In this document: positions 9,142 to 16,227 of the stretch, one piece after another | How the letters are laid out: each line of letters starts with the position of its first letter | Position numbering within the stretch: position 1 is the first letter of the stretch | Assembly (NCBI GenBank): GCA_030747575.1 | Contig: JASLKI010000311.1 | Location: 1-33,074, forward strand | Length of the DNA: 33,074 nt | Direction: 5' to 3' | DNA from: Verrucomicrobiota bacterium | GTDB lineage: Bacteria; Verrucomicrobiota; Verrucomicrobiia; Limisphaerales; UBA1096 | Made by a program: the position numbers and the translations under genes | Notes under the pieces: generated by a model | What the model was told of the DNA's origin: nothing | Database searches by the model: none | The model's input: only the letters and a program-made list of their open reading frames with translations

Positions 9142-9489
9142 TCAATCCCACCACCAGTAGAGATAACCCTCGGGAGCAAGCTGCATCAGTCCGTAGCACA
9201 CTGGTAACGACACTAAATGCACCATGAAATAGACAACCAGATGTCGCCAGCGAGAGACAAGTAGACATACCAGAATAATTGCAGGCACTACAAAAATGGT
9301 AAAAAGCAACAAACACGTAATGTAAGCACCTTGAATTTGATCATGCATAAGCAACGCCGGAGGAAACCCATGCGTTCCAATACTCTCGGGCCACCCATCT
9401 AAACTTTTGTGCATGTGAATTGCTAAGGAGTAAAATAGTAATAGTGCCAACAAGTAAGGCAGGATTGAGATAGCAATACCTGCTTTCAT
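9142..9489 (-). CDS. Small integral membrane protein (hypothetical)
   Basis: 115-aa ORF with 3-4 hydrophobic helices. Its ATG overlaps the upstream stop as ATGA (9486-9489), directly after a tail element. Confidence 0.6.
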   Translation of the reverse strand: MKAGIAISILPYLLALLLFYSLAIHMHKSLDGWPESIGTHGFPPALLMHDQIQGAYITCLLLFTIFVVPAIILVCLLVSRWRHLVVYFMVHLVSLPVCYGLMQLAPEGYLYWWWD

Positions 9490-9935
9490 TTCCCTTCAGC
9501 TTTTAAGCCTTCTCCAAGAACTCGTAGATTCTTTTCCACCGCGCTGGTTTCACCCTTTCTTCTTTTAGCAATTATGCCATCAATACTCTGAACAGTTGAA
9601 TCCATATCTATAATTTCAGCACTATTACTGTTATCACCAAGAATTATTGCAAGATTGCTATTTAGATTTTGGGTGTAGTAACCAAATTCTTGTTTAACTA
9701 TTTTCCCATTTATATTTCCTTTGAATAAGCCGCCACCTTCTTGTTTTGATTTAAAACTAAATACTTTAAACACACCCCCATCTAGTCGATCAATTAGCAA
9801 TTGCTGTCCTACTACTGTTATTTCGATCTCCTGCCAAACATTTGTTCCGCTGTTTGCTATTGTTATTTTATTTTTTGAACACCCAAGCAGCACCGCGGTT
9901 GCGATTGTTGTGAGTAGGAGGTGTTTCATTTTCAT
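9486..9935 (-). CDS. Small lipoprotein (hypothetical) with family leader, AT-rich core and degenerate family tail
   Basis: N-terminus MK-MKHLLLTTIATAVLLGCS (lipobox); the second ATG at 9929 is the canonical leader start. C-terminus ..GEGLKAEGK-stop. Confidence 0.75.
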   Translation of the reverse strand: MKMKHLLLTTIATAVLLGCSKNKITIANSGTNVWQEIEITVVGQQLLIDRLDGGVFKVFSFKSKQEGGGLFKGNINGKIVKQEFGYYTQNLNSNLAIILGDNSNSAEIIDMDSTVQSIDGIIAKRRKGETSAVEKNLRVLGEGLKAEGK

Positions 9936-9993
9936 TCAACTTTCAATTCTTCACCCGTCTTGCCGCCGTGCTTGCGGAGGAGGTCGGCGATTT
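9884..9993 (-). repeat. Tail-leader junction element (tail of 9932..10489 plus leader of 9486..9935)
   Basis: Minus-strand sense ..ctcctccgcaagcacggcggcaagacgggtgaagaattgaaagttgaATGAaaATGaaacacctcctactcacaacaatcgca.. Confidence 0.9.
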
Positions 9994-10489
9994 CATTGAG
10001 TGAACGCGAAAGCGCTGGAGAAAAAGCATTCTGGAATTTAATTAAAGCATTCGCCGAATCTAGCGGTGTACCGAAAATATCATCCTTCGCATTCACATCC
10101 GCACCTTTGGTGATTAGCAGTTCAGCCATTTCGGGACGAGGGGGATCAATCGCCCACACTAGGGGTGTTTCCTTAGATGGTCCATTCACATTCACATCCG
10201 CACCTTCGGAGATTAGCAGTTCAGCGATTTCCTTATGGCCTTCTCGAACCGCCCAATGCAATGGAGTTCTTCTAGCTATATCCGTCATATTCACATCCCC
10301 GCCAGCATCCAAGTACTGTTTGACCAATTCAATATTTCCGTCAATGGCAGCGTCGTGAATTGAGATGTCTGGCACTTTGGCTGCCGGCGGTTCAGCTGGT
10401 TTCGCTTCTGGTTCAGGAGCCGACTGCTGCGTTTTACCACACCCCACCAGAAGCACGGCTGCGATTGTTGTGAGTAGGAGGTGTTTCAT
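9932..10489 (-). CDS. Ankyrin-repeat lipoprotein (canonical leader + tail family member)
   Basis: MKHLLLTTIAAVLLVGCGK, then ANK repeats (TPLHWAVREGHKEIAELLISEGADVN..), ending IADLLRKHGGKTGEELKVE-stop. ATGA overlap with the next gene at 9932-9935. Confidence 0.9.
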   Translation of the reverse strand: MKHLLLTTIAAVLLVGCGKTQQSAPEPEAKPAEPPAAKVPDISIHDAAIDGNIELVKQYLDAGGDVNMTDIARRTPLHWAVREGHKEIAELLISEGADVNVNGPSKETPLVWAIDPPRPEMAELLITKGADVNAKDDIFGTPLDSANALIKFQNAFSPALSRSLNEIADLLRKHGGKTGEELKVE

Positions 10490-10528
10490 TTCTCTTCAGC
10501 TTTCAATTCTTCACCCGCCTTGCCGCAA
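10441..10528 (-). repeat. Tail remnant (untranslated) fused to the leader of 9932..10489
   Basis: Minus-strand sense ttgcggcaaggcgggtgaagaattgaaagctgaagagaaATGAaacacctcctactc.. The remnant lies after the stop of the PQQ-like gene and lacks the LLRKH part. Confidence 0.85.
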
Positions 10529-10542
10529 GTCATCGAGTTCTA

Positions 10543-11835
10543 CTACTGCGCCTCGATGCGATACAAATGCCCGCCCGTGCGCATGATGAAAGCATCACCA
10601 TCGACGGCGGGCGTCGCCATGAACGGCTGCCTAGCCAGAGCATTACTGGCCATGACCTGAAGTTTGCGAGTTGGCCGAATGACTGTGGTAAGGCCTTCCT
10701 CGTTAAACAGGTAAATCCGCCCCTCTGCGTAGATGGGCGACGCCGAGTAAACGCCCTTCAGACGTTCCTTCCAGACGACCTCGCCGGTCTTAGCCTCAAG
10801 ACAGCTCGCGATACCGCCACGGTTCACGACAAACAACAAATCGCCTACCAGCAACGGAGAACAACGTTGTGGCATGCTGCGGAACGACTTCCATTCAATA
10901 TGCGTGTCGGTTACATCGCCTTTGCCGTTGAGCCGAATGGCCCACAGTTCCGGCCGGTCCCGATCCACCGTGGCAAACACCAACCCGTGGCCGGATACAG
11001 GGCGCGGTGCCACCGACCAGCCTCGATGCCGTACGTACCACAGTTCCTTGCCTGTTTTCGGATCGTAGGCGTAAAGACCGCGGCCAGCAGGGCTTACGAG
11101 TTGCTGGCCTTGACCTCTCGGCACCAGCGCCGGCATACAATAGGCCTTTCGGTGATGAACGGGAAACTTGGAATACTCGAGCGATCGCAGCGTTTTCCAA
11201 GCCGTCTTACCAGTGGTCTTGTCGAGAGCGATGATGTATTGCACATCCCGACCATCCACGTGAACCACCGCCTTGTCCCCGACGAGTGTTGGCGAACTAG
11301 CTGGCCCGGCTCCCGCCTCATGGTCGCAATTCAAATCACGTCGCTTCCACAACACATCTCCGGTTTCAGTGTCTAGGCAAGCCGTGCCATAAGTGCCGAA
11401 GTGCAGTATTACCCTACGTTCATCTATCACGGGCGTGGGAGTTGCGTAGGTGTTGTCTTTGGTGATCCTTATTGGTTTAGCCACATCGAACAAATGCAGA
11501 TCATAAACTATCTTGCCGGTTACCTTATCTAGACAGACCGCGAACAATTTCCGCCCGTCAGCTGTGGCAGTGGTAAGCCAAATTTGCCTCCCCCAAATCA
11601 CCGGGGATGACCAGCCCCGATCGTGGATAGGGGTTTTCCAAGTGACGTTTTCTGCCTCCGACCACTTCAACAGAAGATTAGTTGATGTCGTATGACCGTC
11701 ACCGCTTGGACCTCGAAATTGCCACCAATTGTGCTCAGCTGAAGCCAAACCAATCACAAGAAAAAAAAATGCAAAACAAACGATGGACTTGTCTTTAATA
11801 TGCGTTTTTTTAAGGAATTTAATCTCTTTTTTCAC
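10543..11835 (-). CDS. PQQ-like (BamB-like) beta-propeller repeat protein, secreted
   Basis: HNWWQFRGPSGDGH.., repeated ..P.V.....Y....DG.L.A.D..TGK..W propeller motifs. Own signal peptide KSIVCFAFFFLVIGLASA. Start set at GTG 11835; the listed start at 11886 runs into the orphan-leader region in another frame, so the start is uncertain. Confidence 0.8.
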   Translation of the reverse strand: MKKEIKFLKKTHIKDKSIVCFAFFFLVIGLASAEHNWWQFRGPSGDGHTTSTNLLLKWSEAENVTWKTPIHDRGWSSPVIWGRQIWLTTATADGRKLFAVCLDKVTGKIVYDLHLFDVAKPIRITKDNTYATPTPVIDERRVILHFGTYGTACLDTETGDVLWKRRDLNCDHEAGAGPASSPTLVGDKAVVHVDGRDVQYIIALDKTTGKTAWKTLRSLEYSKFPVHHRKAYCMPALVPRGQGQQLVSPAGRGLYAYDPKTGKELWYVRHRGWSVAPRPVSGHGLVFATVDRDRPELWAIRLNGKGDVTDTHIEWKSFRSMPQRCSPLLVGDLLFVVNRGGIASCLEAKTGEVVWKERLKGVYSASPIYAEGRIYLFNEEGLTTVIRPTRKLQVMASNALARQPFMATPAVDGDAFIMRTGGHLYRIEAQ

Positions 11836-11933
11836 TAAACTGCAACTTGATGAGTTGAGATGTCTGGCGACTGCGACTCTCCACACCCCGCCAGCACCAC
11901 GGCTGCGATTGTTGTGAGTAGGAGGTGTTTCAT
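11835..11933 (-). pseudogene. Orphan leader plus ankyrin N-terminal fragment (MKHLLLTTIAAVVLAGCGESQSPDISTHQVAV-stop)
   Basis: Exact 30-nt leader copy starting at ATG 11933. SPDISTHQ resembles the VPDISIHDAA start of the ankyrin protein at 9932..10489. It ends at TAG 11835-11837, which overlaps the GTG of the PQQ-like ORF (TAGTG). Confidence 0.6.
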
Positions 11934-12005
11934 TTCAATTCTGCTGTTAATTAGCGGTGCTGGCAGTGCCACCCAAGTGTGCCATGAGAAGATGGAAAAT
12001 AACGG

Positions 12006-12296
12006 CTAATACACTTGGCTTTGATAAAGAAACTCTGGAGGTGACTCAAGGAAGTCGGAGACAAACTCTTGGAGCAAGCCGCCTTCCTCTCTCCAAGCCA
12101 CATACTTTTTATGTGCTTCAATGGAAGCCCACTCTCCATAAACCATCATCGTGGAGTCATCTGGACTCCCCGCGACACGAATGGAATCACAACCTTCAAA
12201 GGAGGCAGTGTCAGGAATATGTTTTTGCATAAATGCTACAGCTTCCTCGTACTTACCCGGTTGAATCTTCATTTTTACAATAGCAATTTTAGACAT
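12006..12296 (-). CDS. Antibiotic-biosynthesis-monooxygenase (ABM) domain protein
   Basis: 96-aa ORF of typical ABM length, with the pattern ..FEGC....V......MMVYGEWASIEAHKKY.. Confidence 0.8.
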   Translation of the reverse strand: MSKIAIVKMKIQPGKYEEAVAFMQKHIPDTASFEGCDSIRVAGSPDDSTMMVYGEWASIEAHKKYVAWREEGGLLQEFVSDFLESPPEFLYQSQVY

Positions 12297-12318
12297 AAAG
12301 CGAGAACATCAGAGTTGC

Positions 12319-12405
12319 GCCTAACCGTCAAGCGGTCAGAAAAAAGAGTCGGTCTAACAGTTGCCTCCGAACAACAACCCTGTGGCGTTCAAGTGGTTGT
12401 TTAGC
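12319..12405 (-). repeat. Intergenic repeat, copy A (family A/B/C), with GTTAGAC and GTTAGGC motifs
   Basis: Plus-strand taacagttgcctccgaacaacaaccctgtggcgttcaagtggt aligns with 16157-16197 (taacggttgccgccgaac---aaccctacggcgttcaagcggt). Minus-strand sense reads GCTAAAC..(40 nt)..GTTAGAC, and a second GTTAGGC lies 27 nt downstream. Confidence 0.7.
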
Positions 12406-12503
12406 TGATGGGAGCTTTGACTACTCGATATGGTTCTATTACTGGTAATTCCAGCTCTTTTCCATCCCCAATTTTTACTATGGAAATAGAGTACGTTTTC
12501 GGT

Positions 12504-13949
12504 TTATCTCTGGACCGGAAGTCGCGTGTACGGGCTGGAAATATAGGTGTTATACGTGCGGCCTGATCGAACGATTCTTTTGCGGTGATTACTAAAAAAG
12601 TCTATATGCTTATGTCCCGGTTTAATGGCTAAAGTCACACTCCAGGAATTCTGCGCGGGGTTCATTTTCATTGGGGCGGCCTGTTCCTTCGGAAAAAGTT
12701 CAGCGATATATGCCGCACTACCATCAGGACCCCGGTCATACATCCACCATATGCGCCCACTCTCAGCCTTTGCCCCCTTGGGGAAAGTCACCGTAATCTG
12801 AATCTTATCCTTATCCAATTTGGCTTGTACCGCTGGAGGAGACAATAACCCTTCTCCCCCAAAAAAGTGATGGAGTAAGAATACCGATTTATTCTGTTCA
12901 TCGCGTTCAGCCGCTGGATGAGGTTCACGGATCCCATGACCTGAATTAGCTTTAAGGTAAATTGGAATTTGGGGGTAATGTTTCCCGCCCCATGCCAGAT
13001 CAAACGCCACAAAGTCATGGGTGCCCGGGTGAAAAAACAAATCGACACTCCGCTCCTTTAGAGTCTTCAGATGTCGAGAAACAAAAATGTGATCGGCCAT
13101 CTCTCCCGCAATCTTCTGCAAATCCTCCCACTTCTTCCCCGCAGCCAGAGCCTGGCGGTTATAGACCGGCCCAAAGGTGCCGCCCAAAAAGAAGTGATTC
13201 ATAATGCGCTCGGTGTTTACAGATTCACCGCGTGCCCTCAGTTTGACCGCATAAGTCTCATTCGCCCGGCGCAAATCTGACCACACCTTGGGATCACACA
13301 GGCGCAGGGGTGAATCCCAAATAGGGGACACACTCGCATGCAGGGCACTCAATCGCTTGTCTTCAATCAGGGTCACCGAAGGTGAGGCACCATTCTTAGA
13401 GCCGCCTGAGGCAGCGACCTTACCCTTTTCAAAATGATCCTTCTCTGCGTAAGCCGTCGTGATTGCTCGCATTAAGGTGGCCGGCCAGCCCCAGTACTGG
13501 ATGGAATAATGAGGATTGAGTGTCTCAACAAAACGCCGGTCGGCCAATCGACCCAGTTCACCCTGACCGGATACTTGCAATACCTGCACCACCGTTTGCA
13601 CCAGACCGACGCCTCCTTCAAGTAAGGTTCGATCCACCCCGCGAGGCTGCAAATCCTTTTGGAACTGGCCCGGATTGTGACCGCCAGTCAGGTGGAAACC
13701 CTTGGCCTTGCGGTTGGTCGGCACAACCATCCGCACCGGCACGCGGTATTCCTTTCCCGGCAGTAGCTCCCCCACCCGAATGGTGACCAATTTCTGTCGC
13801 GTGGACACTTCTCCCCTCACCACATGCCAGTCCTTGAGCACCTTCACCTCTAGGGTACTCGCGTCCAGCATTTCGGCCATATTAAAAAGGGGAGCTGACT
13901 GCAGAGGCAATAGCGCAACAAAAAAAACGATTAAGAACAGGTATTTCAT
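12504..13949 (-). CDS. Secreted hypothetical protein, possibly an alpha/beta-hydrolase-like PhoPQ-activated-pathogenicity-related family member
   Basis: 481-aa ORF with signal peptide MKYLFLIVFFVALLPLQSA. The block SGGSKNGASPSVTLIEDKRLSALHASVSPIWD resembles the GASKRGW..D.RV..i.P motif of that family, recalled from memory with low certainty. Its ATG is part of an ATGA directly after a tail remnant. Confidence 0.7.
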   Translation of the reverse strand: MKYLFLIVFFVALLPLQSAPLFNMAEMLDASTLEVKVLKDWHVVRGEVSTRQKLVTIRVGELLPGKEYRVPVRMVVPTNRKAKGFHLTGGHNPGQFQKDLQPRGVDRTLLEGGVGLVQTVVQVLQVSGQGELGRLADRRFVETLNPHYSIQYWGWPATLMRAITTAYAEKDHFEKGKVAASGGSKNGASPSVTLIEDKRLSALHASVSPIWDSPLRLCDPKVWSDLRRANETYAVKLRARGESVNTERIMNHFFLGGTFGPVYNRQALAAGKKWEDLQKIAGEMADHIFVSRHLKTLKERSVDLFFHPGTHDFVAFDLAWGGKHYPQIPIYLKANSGHGIREPHPAAERDEQNKSVFLLHHFFGGEGLLSPPAVQAKLDKDKIQITVTFPKGAKAESGRIWWMYDRGPDGSAAYIAELFPKEQAAPMKMNPAQNSWSVTLAIKPGHKHIDFFSNHRKRIVRSGRTYNTYISSPYTRLPVQR

Positions 13950-13976
13950 TTCCCTTCAGCTTTCAATTCTACACCC
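13946..13976 (-). repeat. 3' half of a tail element (untranslated)
   Basis: tcatttcccttcagctttcaattctacaccc has one mismatch to the canonical tail. It lies after the stop (13978-13980) of the ankyrin gene and supplies the ATGA start of the 12504..13949 gene. Confidence 0.9.
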
Positions 13977-13977
13977 A

Positions 13978-14847
13978 CTACTCAACCACCCTCACACGGT
14001 AGAACCATTGCGGGGGATCGTGATCTCTCTCTTCATCAAACCGAACCGAGGCGCCAGTCCCGGTGTAGGTCTTGATCACTTCCCAGTTTAGCAGATCAAG
14101 TGAATCCTGAACCTCGTAGACCTTTCCCTCCTTCGCATCAAAGCTGAATGCAAAGCGATTGTGCTGTATCAAGCGAGGCGTCAGTTGATGTTTGCGGAGG
14201 AGGTCGGCGATTTGCCTCTTTGCGACTTTGGCATCAGGCGAGTCCCATTCATATACCAATTCGGCAGTATCTAGCGGAGTTCGTCCAAAACCATCTTTTA
14301 CATTCACATTCGCACCATTCGCGATTAGCAGTTCAACGATTTCCTCGTGGCCTATACCAGCCGCCACATGCAATGGAGTCCCGTAATATCCACTCTCAGT
14401 ATTTAAATCCGCGCCTTTGATTATAAGCAATTCGACGATTTCCTTGTGACCTTCAAGGGCTGCATCATGCAAACTGGACTTGCCTGTAGAATCCTTTGAA
14501 TTCACATCGCTGCCATTTGAAATAAGTAGTTCGACGATTTCCCTGTGACCTTGCCTGGCTGCCGAATGTAAAGGCGTCCACCCTCCACCTCCCAACATGG
14601 TAACAGTCCTTGCATGCAAATCCGCACCTGCGGCAATCAACAACTCGACGATTTCCCCGTGACCTCCTTCAGCCGCACCATGCAAAGGAGTCGATCCACC
14701 TTCACTCTTCGCGTTCACATCCACGCCTCTGTCCAATTCCGCTTGGACGCCAGCAATGTCACCGCTCTTAGCAGCATAGTGAATCGGGTCGGCGAAGGCA
14801 GTTCTCACCAGCACTACGGCTGCGATTGTTGTGAGTAGTAGTTTCAT
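13978..14847 (-). CDS. Ankyrin-repeat protein with family leader and an extra C-terminal ~70-aa beta-rich module ending WFYRVRVVE
   Basis: Start moved to ATG 14847 (MKLLLTTIAAVVLV, a leader variant). Five to six ANK repeats (TPLHGAAEGGHGEIVELLIAAGADL..). IADLLRKH is followed by QLTPRLIQ..FYRVRVVE instead of GGKTGEELKAEGK. Confidence 0.85.
   Translation of the reverse strand: MKLLLTTIAAVVLVRTAFADPIHYAAKSGDIAGVQAELDRGVDVNAKSEGGSTPLHGAAEGGHGEIVELLIAAGADLHARTVTMLGGGGWTPLHSAARQGHREIVELLISNGSDVNSKDSTGKSSLHDAALEGHKEIVELLIIKGADLNTESGYYGTPLHVAAGIGHEEIVELLIANGANVNVKDGFGRTPLDTAELVYEWDSPDAKVAKRQIADLLRKHQLTPRLIQHNRFAFSFDAKEGKVYEVQDSLDLLNWEVIKTYTGTGASVRFDEERDHDPPQWFYRVRVVE
14192..14213 (-). repeat. 5' half of the same split tail element
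   Basis: ttgcggaggaggtcggcgattt is identical to 9972-9993. Confidence 0.85.
14806..14847 (-). repeat. Leader element copy (variant)
   Basis: Minus-strand sense atgaaactactactcacaacaatcgcagccgtagtgctggtg. Confidence 0.85.
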
Positions 14848-14905
14848 AGTCCTGACGTGCGTTAAATAAAATGGGGACCCTGAACCGGTATCGGCGGATT
14901 TAACT

Positions 14906-15097
14906 TTACCAACCAAAAACTGTGCCGACGATGATATAGACGGTTGATACTATAAAAATAATCGTCACGCACACCAGCATCACAGGTGCCTTCCGAGGTT
15001 TATAGCCTTCATTGACTGCTCCACATTTCGGACATTTTTCTAAATTAGTAGATACACCTCCACCGCAATCCTTACATTCTAAGATTAGTGTTTTCAT
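14906..15097 (-). CDS. Small zinc-ribbon protein with a C-terminal TM helix (hypothetical)
   Basis: CKDCGG..(9 aa)..CPKCG two-CxxC zinc ribbon, then the hydrophobic stretch VMLVCVTIIFIVSTVYIIVGTVF. AT-rich. Its ATG is part of an ATGA after an untranslated tail copy. Confidence 0.6.
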   Translation of the reverse strand: MKTLILECKDCGGGVSTNLEKCPKCGAVNEGYKPRKAPVMLVCVTIIFIVSTVYIIVGTVFGW

Positions 15098-15157
15098 CTC
15101 CCTTCAACTTTCAATTCTTCACCCGTCTTGCCGCCGTGTTTGCGGAGGAGGTTGGCG
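15094..15157 (-). repeat. Complete tail element, untranslated (out of frame and downstream of the esterase stop)
   Basis: Would read ANLLRKHGGKTGEELKVEGR-stop. The esterase stop (15158-15160) precedes it, and the frame offset (15158-15094=64) is not a multiple of 3. Confidence 0.9.
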
Positions 15158-16111
15158 CTACTTTTTCAAGTGGTGTATCAGGAAAGCCACATCGTCTTCG
15201 AACGGCAGTTGAGCTTGTGGAAATTTGAGGAATACATTCACGCCTTCCCGTCGCAGTTTCTTTTCCATGAAGATGCCAAAATTGACGTGGTGAATAGACC
15301 AGCCCCGGGCACGTTTGGGATCGCTGGGGATCGGATCGTCCGGATTCATGCCATAGCTCATGAAGGTGGGCGGGTCATCCGGGGTGATGTGATTGATGAC
15401 GGAGATTTCGTTGAGAAGGGCCCGCCGTTCGACAAAGGACAGGTCTTCCCTGCCCCCTTTACCGTGGAACTCTCTTTTGTAGCCCGGGATATTCTCGACC
15501 CACCAATTCATGTCCAGGGTCGATTGTCCGCCCCTGAGGGCCACCGCTTTGAGACGCGATGATTCCCGTGAGACCGGATCGGTGCTTTTCGGATTCGCAA
15601 AATCATTGCCCCAGGCGAGGTAGGCAACAAGCTGGGCGCCCGCCGATCCTCCATAGGCGGCAATGCAGTTTTTATCGATGCCCCAATCCTCCGCCTTGCT
15701 GCGGATGAACTGCAAGGCGCGAACGCAGTCTTCATGCGCAGCCGGAAAATCGGCATGCTTAAGAAAGCGGTACTCTACAGACGCATGGTGAATGCCGGCA
15801 TCGAGATATTGCCGGATTGCCTTGCCATTGACTTTGTCGTGCGAGCCTCCCTTGAAGCCGCCTCCGTGAATATAGACTATCAGGGGAGCTGGATCATCCA
15901 CGTTAGCCTTCCGGAAATCGATCACTTGGTTGGGGTGATCGCCGTAGGAAACATTTTCGTATGTAATCGACGGAGAGGGGGGCTTTTGCTGCGCTTGAAC
16001 AGTGAGGCCAGAGGTGTCTGCGATCAAAAATGCGGAGGAAAATAAAAGCGTTGAATAGAGGTGTTTTATTTGGAAGTCGGCAGCGATTGTTGTGAGTAGC
16101 ACTGATTTCAT
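15158..16111 (-). CDS. Alpha/beta-hydrolase esterase (HGGG-type carboxylesterase/lipase-like), secreted
   Basis: Oxyanion motif YIHGGGFKGG and nucleophile elbow GGSAGA (GxSxG). The N-terminus is a leader-derived MKSVLLTTIAA fused upstream of a second signal-like segment IKHLYSTLLFSSAFLIA. Confidence 0.85.
   Translation of the reverse strand: MKSVLLTTIAADFQIKHLYSTLLFSSAFLIADTSGLTVQAQQKPPSPSITYENVSYGDHPNQVIDFRKANVDDPAPLIVYIHGGGFKGGSHDKVNGKAIRQYLDAGIHHASVEYRFLKHADFPAAHEDCVRALQFIRSKAEDWGIDKNCIAAYGGSAGAQLVAYLAWGNDFANPKSTDPVSRESSRLKAVALRGGQSTLDMNWWVENIPGYKREFHGKGGREDLSFVERRALLNEISVINHITPDDPPTFMSYGMNPDDPIPSDPKRARGWSIHHVNFGIFMEKKLRREGVNVFLKFPQAQLPFEDDVAFLIHHLKK
16079..16111 (-). repeat. Leader element copy (variant)
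   Basis: Minus-strand sense atgaaatcagtgctactcacaacaatcgctgcc. Confidence 0.8.
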
Positions 16112-16142
16112 AGCGAGGGAACCGTCACCCCGATAAACTCTG

Positions 16143-16213
16143 TTTTCAAGGCGTTTTAACGGTTGCCGCCGAACAACCCTACGGCGTTCAAGCGGTGGAG
16201 TGGGTTGGTCTAG
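16143..16213 (-). repeat. Intergenic repeat, copy B (full length)
   Basis: Plus-strand ttttcaaggcgttttaacggttgccgccgaacaaccctacggcgttcaagcggtggagtgggttggtcta. Contains an imperfect hairpin, minus-strand sense CCGC-TT-GAAC..GTTC-G-GCGG. Confidence 0.8.
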
Positions 16214-16227
16214 TTGTCTTTCGAAGC

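Noticed and set aside
7290-9935. The AT-rich block as a metagenomic assembly chimera.
   Set aside because: This is not fully excluded. However, high-GC DNA lies on both sides of the block, and family tail/leader elements occur on its right side and within its minus-strand part. An internal insertion therefore explains it better than a contig join. I kept it as a finding with a read-level check.
9921-10358. 145-aa plus-strand ORF, plus the ORFs at 9004..9207 and 15128..15562, running through tail/leader elements.
   Set aside because: They are antisense to ankyrin, esterase or tail coding sequence. The Ser/Ala/Pro-rich products arise from reading ANK repeats backwards. There are no supporting start-site signals.
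10567-11376. 269-aa plus-strand ORF opposite the PQQ-like propeller gene.
   Set aside because: The minus-strand frame has clear propeller motifs and a signal peptide. The plus-strand product is low-complexity and Arg-rich.
11833-11933. Programmed frameshift fusing the orphan leader to the PQQ-like propeller.
   Set aside because: I saw no slippery heptamer or downstream structure. The propeller has its own signal peptide after an AT-rich spacer, so a scar from cargo replacement is the simpler reading. It cannot be excluded without proteomics.
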